Positions 36,359 to 44,714 of a DNA stretch of 56,846 nt are shown in pieces; positions within the stretch are counted from its first letter, which is position 1; every line of letters begins with the position of its first letter. Source of the stretch: a virus. A model generated the notes under the pieces. It did not search any database and was not told the DNA's origin. It was given only the letters and a program-made list of their open reading frames with translations. A program made the position numbers and the translations under genes. The DNA lies in the IMG/VR virus record IMGVR_UViG_3300045988_088058, positions 1 to 56,846 of that record. One strand, given 5' to 3'.

Positions 36359-36676
36359 ATGAAACTTTATCACGCCACTGATTTTGATAATCTTGGTAAA
36401 ATTCTAGCTGAGGGCTTGAAGCCTTCAGCTGGAGTTATTTACCTAGCAGAAAGTTATGAAAAGGCTCTAGCCTTTTTATCGCTTCGAAATATTGATACTA
36501 TTGTAGTGCTCGAACTTGAAATTGATATTGAACAATGTACTGAAAGTTTCGACCATAATGAAAGAATGTTTTGTGACTTATCTCATTTCGACAATTGTCG
36601 CGCTTGGACTTATGACAAGACCATTGAAGTAGACGACATTAACTTTTCGAAAGCTCGAAAATATGATAGAAAGTGA
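36359..36676 (+). CDS. Early hypothetical protein with LYHAT...IYLAES motif
   Basis: 105 aa; N-terminal MKLYHATDFDNLGKILAEGL resembles the first strand of the DarT/Tpt1/DUF3990 fold families. Confidence 0.6.
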   Translation: MKLYHATDFDNLGKILAEGLKPSAGVIYLAESYEKALAFLSLRNIDTIVVLELEIDIEQCTESFDHNERMFCDLSHFDNCRAWTYDKTIEVDDINFSKARKYDRK

Positions 36677-37347
36677 CTAACATGAATAACGAAAAAATTA
36701 TCGAAAAAATTAAAAATCTTATTCAATTAGCAAATGACAACCCGAATGACGAAGAAGGGCAGTTTGCCCTTCTTCTTGCTCAAAGGTTGATGCTAAAGAA
36801 TAATATCGCACTCGCTCAGGTTGAACAATTTGATGAACCTGAAAAGTTCGAAACTTCTTCCACCATTGGAAAAGAAGCAAGTCGAATCCTTTGGTGGGAA
36901 AAGGAACTAGGGTACACGCTCGCAGCTAACTTTAGATGCTTTTGCATCAATCAGCGCGATATGGCTCTGAATAAAAGTCGAATAATTTTCTTTGGTGAAA
37001 AACAAGACGCCGAATTGGTGTCTAAAATATACGAGTCCGCTTTGCTTTATCTTCGTTACAGACTTGACCGACTTCCTTCGCGTGAACCTTCGTACAAGAA
37101 CTCTTATCTTCTAGGATTTTTAGTAGCTTTAGACACGCGCTTCAAAAAGCAAGTAGAAGAATACTCACTTATGGTCTTACCTAGTGAAGAGACTAAGAAT
37201 GCGCTTAGGGATACATTTCAAAATCTAAAGCAAGATAAAGTTGAAGTACCTAAAAACGACTTCAATTTAGAAGCATATACGGAAGGAAAATTTCAGGGCG
37301 AAAATGCAAAAATAATGCCCGATGAAATTTTGGAAGGTGGTAACTAG
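36673..37347 (+). CDS. DUF2786-like early protein
   Basis: 224 aa; KIKNLIQLANDNPNDEEGQFALLLAQRLMLKNNI is the typical DUF2786 N-terminus. Confidence 0.6.
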   Translation: MTNMNNEKIIEKIKNLIQLANDNPNDEEGQFALLLAQRLMLKNNIALAQVEQFDEPEKFETSSTIGKEASRILWWEKELGYTLAANFRCFCINQRDMALNKSRIIFFGEKQDAELVSKIYESALLYLRYRLDRLPSREPSYKNSYLLGFLVALDTRFKKQVEEYSLMVLPSEETKNALRDTFQNLKQDKVEVPKNDFNLEAYTEGKFQGENAKIMPDEILEGGN

Positions 37348-37348
37348 A

Positions 37349-37609
37349 ATGAAATTCGAAGTTTATTCTGCGCGACTATTTGACGAAGAGGCGACATATG
37401 ATAGGTATCGTGAAGCACTAGAGAAAGTTGGAAATGTCGCTTACTTTTGCGAAATTGAATCAGGTAATCTAGTAATTGAACTCGAACTGAACAGCATAGA
37501 CGACCTAATCGCGCTTTCAAATGTAGTTGGAAAAGGACTAAAATTATCGCGACCTTATAGAGAAGATAAGCCTTTTCAATTATGGATTGTTGATGGGTAC
37601 ATGGAATAA
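37349..37609 (+). CDS. Early hypothetical protein
   Basis: Start moved to MKFEVY with SD AAGGTGG; 86 aa. Confidence 0.6.
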   Translation: MKFEVYSARLFDEEATYDRYREALEKVGNVAYFCEIESGNLVIELELNSIDDLIALSNVVGKGLKLSRPYREDKPFQLWIVDGYME

Positions 37610-37618
37610 GGTGAAACT

Positions 37619-37990
37619 ATGGAAAATAAATGGAAAGTTATCCATTTTCAAAACTCATGTATTAAACAAGTAGACGATAAGAAACGAAGGCTCCTTTTTG
37701 AGGTGCCCGGAACTCCTTATCGTCTAAGAGTTTGGGTGAAAATGAGCTTAGTTAAAATTGAAACACGCGCAGGAAATGGCTTCTATAAGGAACTGGTATA
37801 TCAGGACGATTTTGTATTTTATGGTAAAGAGTTGATTGGTGGATATTTAATTGACGCGACCATAACTGGCAAATCTTTAGCGGAATACTGCAAGCACATG
37901 GACCGACATGTTGTTGAAACTATTAAACGACGCGAAACTGCTGAACTTAATAGATTGAAAAAACAAGACCAACAGAAATGGAGATACTAA
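37619..37990 (+). CDS. Early hypothetical protein
   Basis: 123 aa; SD AAGGTGA. Confidence 0.6.
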   Translation: MENKWKVIHFQNSCIKQVDDKKRRLLFEVPGTPYRLRVWVKMSLVKIETRAGNGFYKELVYQDDFVFYGKELIGGYLIDATITGKSLAEYCKHMDRHVVETIKRRETAELNRLKKQDQQKWRY

Positions 37991-38742
37991 TGGCAAAAAA
38001 TAAGAAAAGAAAAAAGGTCAACATGAAAAGGAGAATGCTCATTCCTACTAACCTTTCAACAAAAGTAAATGTCAATAGGATTGAATATCGAAAGGTTCTT
38101 GTTAAGTGGCTTCCTAATACGGACGAAATTCAAGTTTATTTCGACCTTTACCTAAATAAGAAAAGGCTTACAATGTTAGGGACAATTGACCCAGACAAAA
38201 GTTACTTCGAAGGAATTAGAATTGCTTGTAAAAAACCTGAGCCCTGGATGACCGTGAAAGAGCTTCAAATTGCGCGTGCAGACGCTCCAGGTTTTTTTGC
38301 AGTGCTAAAAGCATATTGTCATACGGTCGGGGATGTACTAGATAATGGAGCAGCACCTGATGAAATTGTTCCGGGTATTATGTATAATGAAGGTCAATTA
38401 TTTAAAGACAGTGAAATTGTCAGCCTTTTCAAATACGACGTAGAAGAGCCTTACGAGTTTCCAAAAGACGTTCCAATAACTATTGACAATTTCGAGCAAT
38501 TTATTATGTCTAGTCAACATACTCGAACCATAGTGCTTCAACATGCTAATATAGGCGAGTTTTCAAAATACTGGAAAAAATGGCAAACGGTAATTGAACT
38601 CCTTATCGGCTACGCTAAAGACAATGGATTTAAAGTCGACCAAGAAGTATGGGACTTTTCAAAAGGCTCCAAGGCTGGAAAAATTGCACGTCGAAAAGGA
38701 TATGAAGCTATTCAACATGCCTTTCAAGAAATCAATAAATAA
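37990..38742 (+). CDS. Early hypothetical protein
   Basis: Start moved to MAKNKK (TAATG overlap, SD GGAGA); 250 aa. Confidence 0.6.
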   Translation: MAKNKKRKKVNMKRRMLIPTNLSTKVNVNRIEYRKVLVKWLPNTDEIQVYFDLYLNKKRLTMLGTIDPDKSYFEGIRIACKKPEPWMTVKELQIARADAPGFFAVLKAYCHTVGDVLDNGAAPDEIVPGIMYNEGQLFKDSEIVSLFKYDVEEPYEFPKDVPITIDNFEQFIMSSQHTRTIVLQHANIGEFSKYWKKWQTVIELLIGYAKDNGFKVDQEVWDFSKGSKAGKIARRKGYEAIQHAFQEINK

Positions 38743-38770
38743 CGAAGCTTCGGATCGTTATTTTTTTTTT
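38741..38770 (+). terminator. Rho-independent terminator
   Basis: AACGA...TCGTT hairpin with UUCG-type loop, followed by T10. Confidence 0.75.
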
Positions 38771-38784
38771 CAAAAAAAATTAAA

Positions 38785-38841
38785 AAAAGTTCAACTTTTT
38801 TATAAAAAGTGCTTGACTTTATTCACTCATTATCGTATAAT
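38785..38841 (+). promoter_or_regulatory. Early promoter cassette copy
   Basis: Box 38785-38799, TTGACT 38813-38818, TATAAT 38836-38841. Confidence 0.8.
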
Positions 38842-38879
38842 AAATACATAAAGTAAAACAAATAAAGGAGGAGCTGGAA

Positions 38880-39074
38880 ATGAAAACAGTTCAACAAACA
38901 ATCAAACAATTTGGAGATGAATGGTGGTACGAAATTATCGATACAAATAACGAACTGCTAAACGAAGGACGTATTGAAGACATGGGACCATATATGGACA
39001 AGATGGTTGACCAAGTTAAGTTCATCAACTTCGGAGACATTGAATGTCAAATCATTAAACTTTACCTCGCGTAG
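38880..39074 (+). CDS. Early hypothetical protein
   Basis: 64 aa; SD AAAGGAGG. Confidence 0.6.
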   Translation: MKTVQQTIKQFGDEWWYEIIDTNNELLNEGRIEDMGPYMDKMVDQVKFINFGDIECQIIKLYLA

Positions 39075-39112
39075 ATAGTAGGGCGAACTTTTCGTCCTAC
39101 TATTATAGTAGG
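39075..39112 (+). promoter_or_regulatory. Three-arm alternative RNA hairpin between early genes
   Basis: ATAGTAGG (39075-82), CCTACTAT (39096-103), TAGTAGG (39106-12); the middle arm can pair with either flank. Confidence 0.4.
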
Positions 39113-39137
39113 TTAGATAGATAAAGGAGTAATATCA

Positions 39138-39473
39138 ATGAAAACAATTAAAGACGAAAGACATGTATTCAAACAAGTTAAAACTATTCCAAGCGGGTAT
39201 CGTGTATGGAACATTCCTTCAATTGGCGAAGGTTGTGTTCCTTTATATCTCCCTTTAGATGAAATAACTGTAGACGCTTCAACTTTGTGCTACCTACAAC
39301 TTACTGAACAGGAGGCTAAGGTTTTGCACAGCGCCGCAAGTTACGGAATTCGTACTCTAGCGGACGTTCGTAAGGCGTTAGCAAGTAACCGAAAAGGACC
39401 TACAACGGAACGTCGCAAACGCCTTGCGCAACCAGCTTTGCCAATTTTTGAAAAGTACACAAAGGAGGGCTAA
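39138..39473 (+). CDS. Early hypothetical protein
   Basis: 111 aa; SD AAAGGAG. Confidence 0.6.
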   Translation: MKTIKDERHVFKQVKTIPSGYRVWNIPSIGEGCVPLYLPLDEITVDASTLCYLQLTEQEAKVLHSAASYGIRTLADVRKALASNRKGPTTERRKRLAQPALPIFEKYTKEG

Positions 39474-39474
39474 A

Positions 39475-39561
39475 ATGTTCCTCCTTCGATTTTTAGTTTC
39501 AATACTGTTAAAAGTAGTCAAATGGCTACAAGAACTCACTGACCAAAGTGGACTATATTAA
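39475..39561 (+). CDS. 28-aa hydrophobic peptide (absent from ORF track)
   Basis: MFLLRFLVSILLKVVKWLQELTDQSGLY; strong SD AAGGAGGG; starts 1 nt after the previous stop. Confidence 0.4.
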   Translation: MFLLRFLVSILLKVVKWLQELTDQSGLY

Positions 39562-39622
39562 GGAAAAGAAAAAATGAAAGTATATATCAACAACCATGAC
39601 GATCTTGATTTTCTGCAAAACT

Positions 39623-39648
39623 AAAAGGCCTATAATTTAGGTCTTTTT
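39623..39648 (+). terminator. Rho-independent terminator
   Basis: AAAAGGCCTA-taatt-TAGGTCTTTTT. Confidence 0.7.
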
Positions 39649-39656
39649 ATTTTATA

Positions 39657-39712
39657 AAAAGTTGAACTTTTTATAAAAAATGCTTGACTTTATTCGTTTA
39701 TTATCGTATAAT
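39657..39712 (+). promoter_or_regulatory. Early promoter cassette copy
   Basis: Box AAAAGTTGAACTTTT 39657-39671, TTGACT 39684-39689, TATAAT 39707-39712. Confidence 0.8.
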
Positions 39713-39749
39713 GTAACTATAAAGAAAAACAAATAAAGGAGCAAATAAA

Positions 39750-40097
39750 ATGATTAGATGGACAGGAAAATCAACTTCAGGAACATGGAGAAGAGAAGTA
39801 GAAGCTGAGTCAATGATTGACCTTATGGAGAAGCTAATTGACTTGGACATTATTCCAGCTTATTGGGATTTTGAGGAACGTTTATTCGGTTACTTAGCTG
39901 ACTCAAGTGAAGAGCTAGAAGAGTTCAAAACTAAATACAACGAACTAAAAGAAGAAGAATTGTTCGAGGAAGCCGACGGCTTGTTCAACGAATTCGATTG
40001 GGCTAATGTATTTCGTAACATGGATCCAAAAGATATCCAAACAAGCATTTCACTATGTGATAGCCAAGCGTACTATCAAACATTCGAAATTCTATAA
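39750..40097 (+). CDS. Early acidic hypothetical protein
   Basis: 115 aa; SD AAAGGAG. Confidence 0.6.
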   Translation: MIRWTGKSTSGTWRREVEAESMIDLMEKLIDLDIIPAYWDFEERLFGYLADSSEELEEFKTKYNELKEEELFEEADGLFNEFDWANVFRNMDPKDIQTSISLCDSQAYYQTFEIL

Positions 40098-40112
40098 GAG
40101 GAGGAAATTAAC

Positions 40113-40322
40113 ATGGCTAAACCACAACTACAACCGAAGAATACTCTCATTATGAGATTCCATCAGGCGGACGCAGTCCATCCCGAAAATGGCGAGAAGA
40201 TCAACATCTCGTTTGCAGGTGTTACAACTGTTATTGAATACAAAGGTCGATTAGTTACTTGGGACATTCAGGAAATGTTAAACGAAGCGATTGAGCTAAT
40301 TGAAAAGGAAGAGGAAAACTAG
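40113..40322 (+). CDS. Early hypothetical protein
   Basis: 69 aa; SD GAGGAGG. Confidence 0.6.
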   Translation: MAKPQLQPKNTLIMRFHQADAVHPENGEKINISFAGVTTVIEYKGRLVTWDIQEMLNEAIELIEKEEEN

Positions 40323-40332
40323 GAGATTATCA

Positions 40333-40536
40333 ATGGAAGATAGATACAACATTGAACCGGCGGACATACTGAACTATATTGGTATCACTAATACAAAGGA
40401 TCCAGACTTTTATGATTGCTTATTAGCTCGTCTAGTAAGCTCCTACACTAAAAAGGAACTTGCGTATAAAGGATTATCCTTCGGCGACTTCCTTGCGGAA
40501 CTTCAAAGTCAATCACTTGCTTATCTAGGAAATTAA
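40333..40536 (+). CDS. Early hypothetical protein
   Basis: Start moved to MEDRYN with SD TAGGAG; 67 aa. Confidence 0.55.
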   Translation: MEDRYNIEPADILNYIGITNTKDPDFYDCLLARLVSSYTKKELAYKGLSFGDFLAELQSQSLAYLGN

Positions 40537-40568
40537 AAAAGACCTATTCATTTAGGTCTTTTATTTTT
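40537..40568. terminator. Bidirectional terminator between convergent units
   Basis: AAAAGACCTA-ttcatt-TAGGTCTTTT, flanked by A-run and T-run. Confidence 0.8.
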
Positions 40569-40824
40569 GCGATTGTAGTTTAGTGAGGTAGTTAGCTAAA
40601 TCTAGCGCTTCCTCTTTAGCGTGTTGCAGGAAGTCATCTGCGTTGTTATCCGCTAATGTAGTTCCGTACTTGCTTACACCTACAACACTACGAGATATGA
40701 GCTCTAGTGCGGTATGTAATACAATAGGATCTAATCCTGTCACGTCTATATAATCACGTGTATCCAAGCACTTGTCCGAGGTTACTACACCTCCATCAGG
40801 TGCAATGAAATAAACTTTACTCAT
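40561..40824 (-). CDS. Hypothetical protein; C-terminal helical KYG...HAKEEALDLANYL motif (possible MazG-like NTP-PPase fold)
   Basis: 87 aa; motif-level resemblance only. Confidence 0.5.
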   Translation of the reverse strand: MSKVYFIAPDGGVVTSDKCLDTRDYIDVTGLDPIVLHTALELISRSVVGVSKYGTTLADNNADDFLQHAKEEALDLANYLTKLQSQK

Positions 40825-41164
40825 TTCTATCCTCCATCATTCGTTTAAATTGTTTAATAGGCATTGCTATATATTGCTCTTCTCCGTCACCAAAGTCGAA
40901 AGCGATAGCAGAATAGTCGAGTTTTTGAGCGAACCTTTCTTGTTCATTTTTAATAAACCACTCCTTTTTCAGGCTTATTGACCTTTGAGGTTTCATAACG
41001 GTCTTACACTCTATGAGCATTGAGTCAGTTACGACGTCACCTTTGTAGTAGTCTGTCGCTCCAGAATTTGGTTGTACTTTGCCTCCCATTTGCCTAGCAA
41101 CTGCTTTCTCTTGTTTAGCACTTACTCTGCGCGTGGGAATCGGCTTATTTTCACGCTGTCTCAT
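40817..41164 (-). CDS. PD-(D/E)XK endonuclease (resolvase-like)
   Basis: 115 aa; NSGATDYYKGDVVTDSMLIECKT matches the SG..KGD...E.K nuclease core. Confidence 0.55.
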   Translation of the reverse strand: MRQRENKPIPTRRVSAKQEKAVARQMGGKVQPNSGATDYYKGDVVTDSMLIECKTVMKPQRSISLKKEWFIKNEQERFAQKLDYSAIAFDFGDGEEQYIAMPIKQFKRMMEDRNE

Positions 41165-41352
41165 GGCAGGTAGATAAGCAGAAAGAGATTGACGTAAAAC
41201 GCGAGAGAGCTAACGAGAGCCCCTAAAAACAGGGCGATAGGGCTTCGGTTGTCTTCTCGTTTGCCAATTACCAGATATGTCATTGCAGTAGTTAGGCAAA
41301 AAGCCGAAAGAACGAAGACACTAACTAGGATAATTTTTACTATAAAGTTCAT
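41161..41352 (-). CDS. Small membrane protein
   Basis: Start moved to ATG with SD AAGGAG (track start is TTG); two TM helices. Confidence 0.5.
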   Translation of the reverse strand: MNFIVKIILVSVFVLSAFCLTTAMTYLVIGKREDNRSPIALFLGALVSSLAFYVNLFLLIYLP

Positions 41353-41716
41353 CAAGTTTCTCCTTTATTTCAAGTCCGTGTTTAGACCGAATGATATTAT
41401 TACCGTCTAAAATCTCTTCAAGTGTTTCAACTGCCTTGTCGCGAAGTTGATGCACCCATGTATAGTGATATCCGATTTCAACTGCTGCATTAGTGATAGG
41501 AACGTCATCTAGAACGCATAACTTCAGGACGTTTCGTTGGCTTTCCGGAAAGCATTCTACAAGGTTGTCAATGTAGCCAACAAAGACTTCAAGATTGTCA
41601 AGCTCTTCGCCGTTATCCTTAACAGCAAGCAGGAAATTGATTCGAGCTCTTGCACGTTGATAATCTTCCCGAAGTTCGACAATTCGTTTATTTAACTGTT
41701 TTCGTTGTTCGTTCAT
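41321..41716 (-). CDS. Sigma region-4-like / ArpU-RinA-type transcriptional regulator
   Basis: 131 aa; ESQRNVLKLCVLDDVPITNAAVEIGYHYTWVHQLRDKAVETL resembles a sigma-70 region 4 HTH. Confidence 0.5.
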   Translation of the reverse strand: MNEQRKQLNKRIVELREDYQRARARINFLLAVKDNGEELDNLEVFVGYIDNLVECFPESQRNVLKLCVLDDVPITNAAVEIGYHYTWVHQLRDKAVETLEEILDGNNIIRSKHGLEIKEKLDELYSKNYPS

Positions 41717-41997
41717 GCTATAGGCTCCTCGTATTTAATAGTCTCGCACGTTGCGTTGACATATACAATATTATCTAAGCGCAATAAGATGTCAGTAGCA
41801 ATAACGTCACCATTGATGTCTGAGTTGTAAGGTGTTAGCCTTAGACATTTTTGATTATAAAATTCAGGGTCATCAATGTAACCCTGAATATCTTCGACTG
41901 CGTCGTCGTAATCGTCAATGGTGTCGAATAAAGCTGCTACTTCTAAATGGGCGCCGTTACTATAAATGACTTGAAATAGCGTCTTTATTCGTTCCAT
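41713..41997 (-). CDS. Hypothetical acidic protein
   Basis: 94 aa; coupled starts and stops. Confidence 0.5.
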   Translation of the reverse strand: MERIKTLFQVIYSNGAHLEVAALFDTIDDYDDAVEDIQGYIDDPEFYNQKCLRLTPYNSDINGDVIATDILLRLDNIVYVNATCETIKYEEPIA

Positions 41998-42374
41998 TAT
42001 AATACTCCTACATCCATCAGCTGCTCTGCAAGTTTACTTACTTTTTCGTCAGTTTCAATGAGACCTAAAATGACATCTTTTAAATCTTCAGCCTTTTCCT
42101 TTTTGCAAGCCTCTTCAACGGCTTCACGAAATGCTTCAAATCGAGCGTTTACGATACATAGTTTCTTGCTCAAATCCTCTGCGTGAGAAACGGGAAGAGC
42201 CATAACTGAAGCGACTAAAAGACTGTCACGGTCTTTCTTTTCTACTGCTCGATTGCTAATAGCTGCTGCCGTGTCGCGAATTTCCTTGTAAGTAAACGAA
42301 GCGTCGACATATCCACTTTCATCTGCATTATAGATTCTAGTATTGAATTTTTCGTTTTGACAATTTTCGCACAT
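41997..42374 (-). CDS. Hypothetical protein
   Basis: 125 aa; N-terminal CENC. Confidence 0.5.
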   Translation of the reverse strand: MCENCQNEKFNTRIYNADESGYVDASFTYKEIRDTAAAISNRAVEKKDRDSLLVASVMALPVSHAEDLSKKLCIVNARFEAFREAVEEACKKEKAEDLKDVILGLIETDEKVSKLAEQLMDVGVL

Positions 42375-42392
42375 TTTATTTTGACCTTTCTT

Positions 42393-43628
42393 TTAAGGGC
42401 GAGGGCGACGAGAAGGCGCTGGAGTTTTTCGAGTAGGTTTTGCAACTGCTTTAGGTTTCTGCGTCCGTTTGATGTACTCAGCTTCAGTAATTGGTTCCCA
42501 AGTTTCTTCATCATATTCTTCAGGCAAGCGTTCGCCTTTTGCTAGCTTGTAAACCTTTCCTTCAAGTTCGTAGAAGAAGTCTTCTTCTAATACAGGACAC
42601 ATTGCATCCATGTATTCTTCTTCGTCTACAAGAATGTCGCTGTCGTCGTCAGGCTCGTTTTCTTCCTTCTTGTAGTAAACATCTGCGACTTGACTATAGA
42701 AGTAGTAGACGACACGAACATGTCCAGCAGGTGCTACCACGTTGTCATCGACTTCTTCTACTTTAGGTTCTGGTTCAGGTTCTTCTGCCTTTTCAGCTTT
42801 TTTAGGCATACGAATTTTAGAAGATTTCTTAGGCTGCTCTTCTACCACTTCTTCGTTTGGAGCGGATTTTCGACGTCGAGTGATTCCAGCCTTAGGTTCT
42901 TCATTAGCTTCCTCAACTACCTCTTCCTTAGGCGCAGGCTTCTTACGTGAAGTCTTTTTAGGCTTTTCTTCAACAAATTCTTCATGCCCAACTTCAGGAT
43001 CAGCTTCAGGATCAGTTTCAGTTTGAGCGTATTCGAAATTCTCATTTTCGATGACGTAAGTGGCTGCCATGTCTGCGCGATGAATCAGGAAAGCAAGTGG
43101 ATTAGTCTCAAAGGCTGCTCCGCATCCATTCAAATTTGCATAAGGACTAATATCATAGGCTCCCATATGCCAGAAAATTGCTTGCGCTTCCATTGTAGTA
43201 AGGTGAATGAATCGTTGAAGAAGGAAATTAGATTTCGCTCCGTGCCCCATTGTAAGTTGTTCAGGATCGTATTCATATGCTAAATAGCTTTCCCACTGAC
43301 CGTCAGCGTCCTTACGCCATTTTTCAGTTTCGCGATATTGACCTACTTTGCAAAGGTCGTGGAATAGTGCTACAATTGCAACTGACTCCATCGGATATAG
43401 ATCTTCCCAGCCCTTTCCTACTACGGTATCAAGTTCGAAAAGCATTTGATTGAACACATTTAATGAATGCTCAACAAGTCCGCCTTCGTAGCTTCCGTGG
43501 TATCGAGTGCTTGCAGGGCTCGTGAAGAAGTTAGTTTCATTTTCGAGCCACTCCATAAGGTTGTCAATTCCGTCACGATCAATTGTTTCTGTTACTGCTT
43601 TCTTGAAGCGTTTTTTAAAGTCTGTCAT
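42393..43628 (-). CDS. HD-domain phosphohydrolase with charged low-complexity linker and C-terminal extension
   Basis: 411 aa; HGSYEGGLVEHS and ALFHDLCK metal-binding motifs; duplicated P(K/N)EEVVEE. Confidence 0.65.
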   Translation of the reverse strand: MTDFKKRFKKAVTETIDRDGIDNLMEWLENETNFFTSPASTRYHGSYEGGLVEHSLNVFNQMLFELDTVVGKGWEDLYPMESVAIVALFHDLCKVGQYRETEKWRKDADGQWESYLAYEYDPEQLTMGHGAKSNFLLQRFIHLTTMEAQAIFWHMGAYDISPYANLNGCGAAFETNPLAFLIHRADMAATYVIENENFEYAQTETDPEADPEVGHEEFVEEKPKKTSRKKPAPKEEVVEEANEEPKAGITRRRKSAPNEEVVEEQPKKSSKIRMPKKAEKAEEPEPEPKVEEVDDNVVAPAGHVRVVYYFYSQVADVYYKKEENEPDDDSDILVDEEEYMDAMCPVLEEDFFYELEGKVYKLAKGERLPEEYDEETWEPITEAEYIKRTQKPKAVAKPTRKTPAPSRRPRP

Positions 43629-43768
43629 AGTAGACTCCTTTCATTTTCTATAATATAACTGATTGAAGTATCTGTTCCGTACTTCTTTTTTAAATACTCG
43701 AGAAATTCAATATTCCCGACCATAACTACTCTTACCTTTTGCGGGCTATTTACCGCAACTTTTGTCAT
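43625..43768 (-). CDS. 47-aa ORF translationally coupled to the HD gene (absent from ORF track)
   Basis: MTKVAVNSPQKVRVVMVGNIEFLEYLKKKYGTDTSISYIIENERSLL; SD AAAGGAGG; ATGA overlap. Confidence 0.5.
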   Translation of the reverse strand: MTKVAVNSPQKVRVVMVGNIEFLEYLKKKYGTDTSISYIIENERSLL

Positions 43769-43792
43769 AGGCTGTCCTCCTTTGCTTATACT

Positions 43793-43824
43793 GTACTATA
43801 CACAGATTTCAGCCTATTTGTTAA
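43793..43824 (-). promoter_or_regulatory. Class-2 promoter motif TTAACA-N14-TGTGTATAGT
   Basis: Same spacing as the other copies; -35 overlaps the holA-like stop. Confidence 0.45.
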
Positions 43825-44714
43825 GTAAGTGAAAAAATTTTATACAAAGAAATGTAGACAGCTGAACTCTCTGTGTACCGACCATTCTTAATTCCTTCAA
43901 TTGCTTGGCCTAATATGCTCATGCCTTCGAAAGCCGAGTCTAATTTGTATTGAAAGTTATATACAATCTTATTGATTAAGAACTGCTTAATTCCCAAATT
44001 AGATTCTTTAGGCTCGTCTGCTCCTAATACAAGACAGGCGTTATTGAAGTTTTGATAAAGCAAGGTAAGCAACCCAATAGGACTTTCACCTTTTGCCAAA
44101 AGTTCAGTGACTTTTATAATTGCCTGCTCCGGCCTATATTCAAGTACATCATCGACTAGGCTGAAAATATCAATTTCTGTCTTGTGCTTGACAATAGATT
44201 CAACTACTGATGCGTCGACATTTTTCAATCGCGACAGCTTGTCAAGTTCATTGTCAATTCTAGAATAGTCATTTAGACAGAACTGAATAACCATGTCAAT
44301 CATGTTCCTGTCAACAGTCGAGTATTTAGACACAAAGTGCCTTTTCAACTGCGCGTCAGTCATTTTCTCAAACTCAACACAATTATCAGGAAAGGCTTTT
44401 AGCAACTTGCTTCGCTTGTCAATTTTAGTTACCATCAAAACAAGTGTCCCATATCGAACATCTGGAAGTCGTTTCCATCTCGCCTCATTAGCAAGGAACT
44501 CCTTGTCATCCCTAACAGCAAATATTCTATGATTTGAGACAAGGCCTTTTTGAGTAAGAGTCTTCCATACAGTAGACACCAACTGCTCTCGAACTACGTT
44601 GCCCATTTGATTGAGATATACGTTCATAAGGCCAATTTCTTCGCCATAAAGAATATAAAATGGCTTCAAATTATTAGTTCGAATGTCTTTTTGAAAAGAT
44701 ACTAAATCACTCAA
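43821..44714 (-). CDS. holA: Clamp-loader delta subunit homologue
   Basis: 297 aa; N-terminal FYILYGEE motif; adjacent to the dnaX-like and delta-prime-like genes. Confidence 0.55.
   Translation of the reverse strand: MSDLVSFQKDIRTNNLKPFYILYGEEIGLMNVYLNQMGNVVREQLVSTVWKTLTQKGLVSNHRIFAVRDDKEFLANEARWKRLPDVRYGTLVLMVTKIDKRSKLLKAFPDNCVEFEKMTDAQLKRHFVSKYSTVDRNMIDMVIQFCLNDYSRIDNELDKLSRLKNVDASVVESIVKHKTEIDIFSLVDDVLEYRPEQAIIKVTELLAKGESPIGLLTLLYQNFNNACLVLGADEPKESNLGIKQFLINKIVYNFQYKLDSAFEGMSILGQAIEGIKNGRYTESSAVYISLYKIFSLT

Noticed and set aside
38594-38851. Plus-strand 85-aa ORF overlapping the end of 37990-38742
   Set aside because: It is an alternative frame of a better gene and runs through a terminator (T10) and an early promoter cassette.
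42491-43283. Cluster of plus-strand ORFs (42491-42766, 42690-42950, 42742-43026, 42984-43283) plus minus-strand 42242-42514
   Set aside because: They are antisense or alternative frames of the low-complexity region of the HD gene and of ORF 41997-42374. Their composition (S/L/F/R runs) is typical of non-coding frames.
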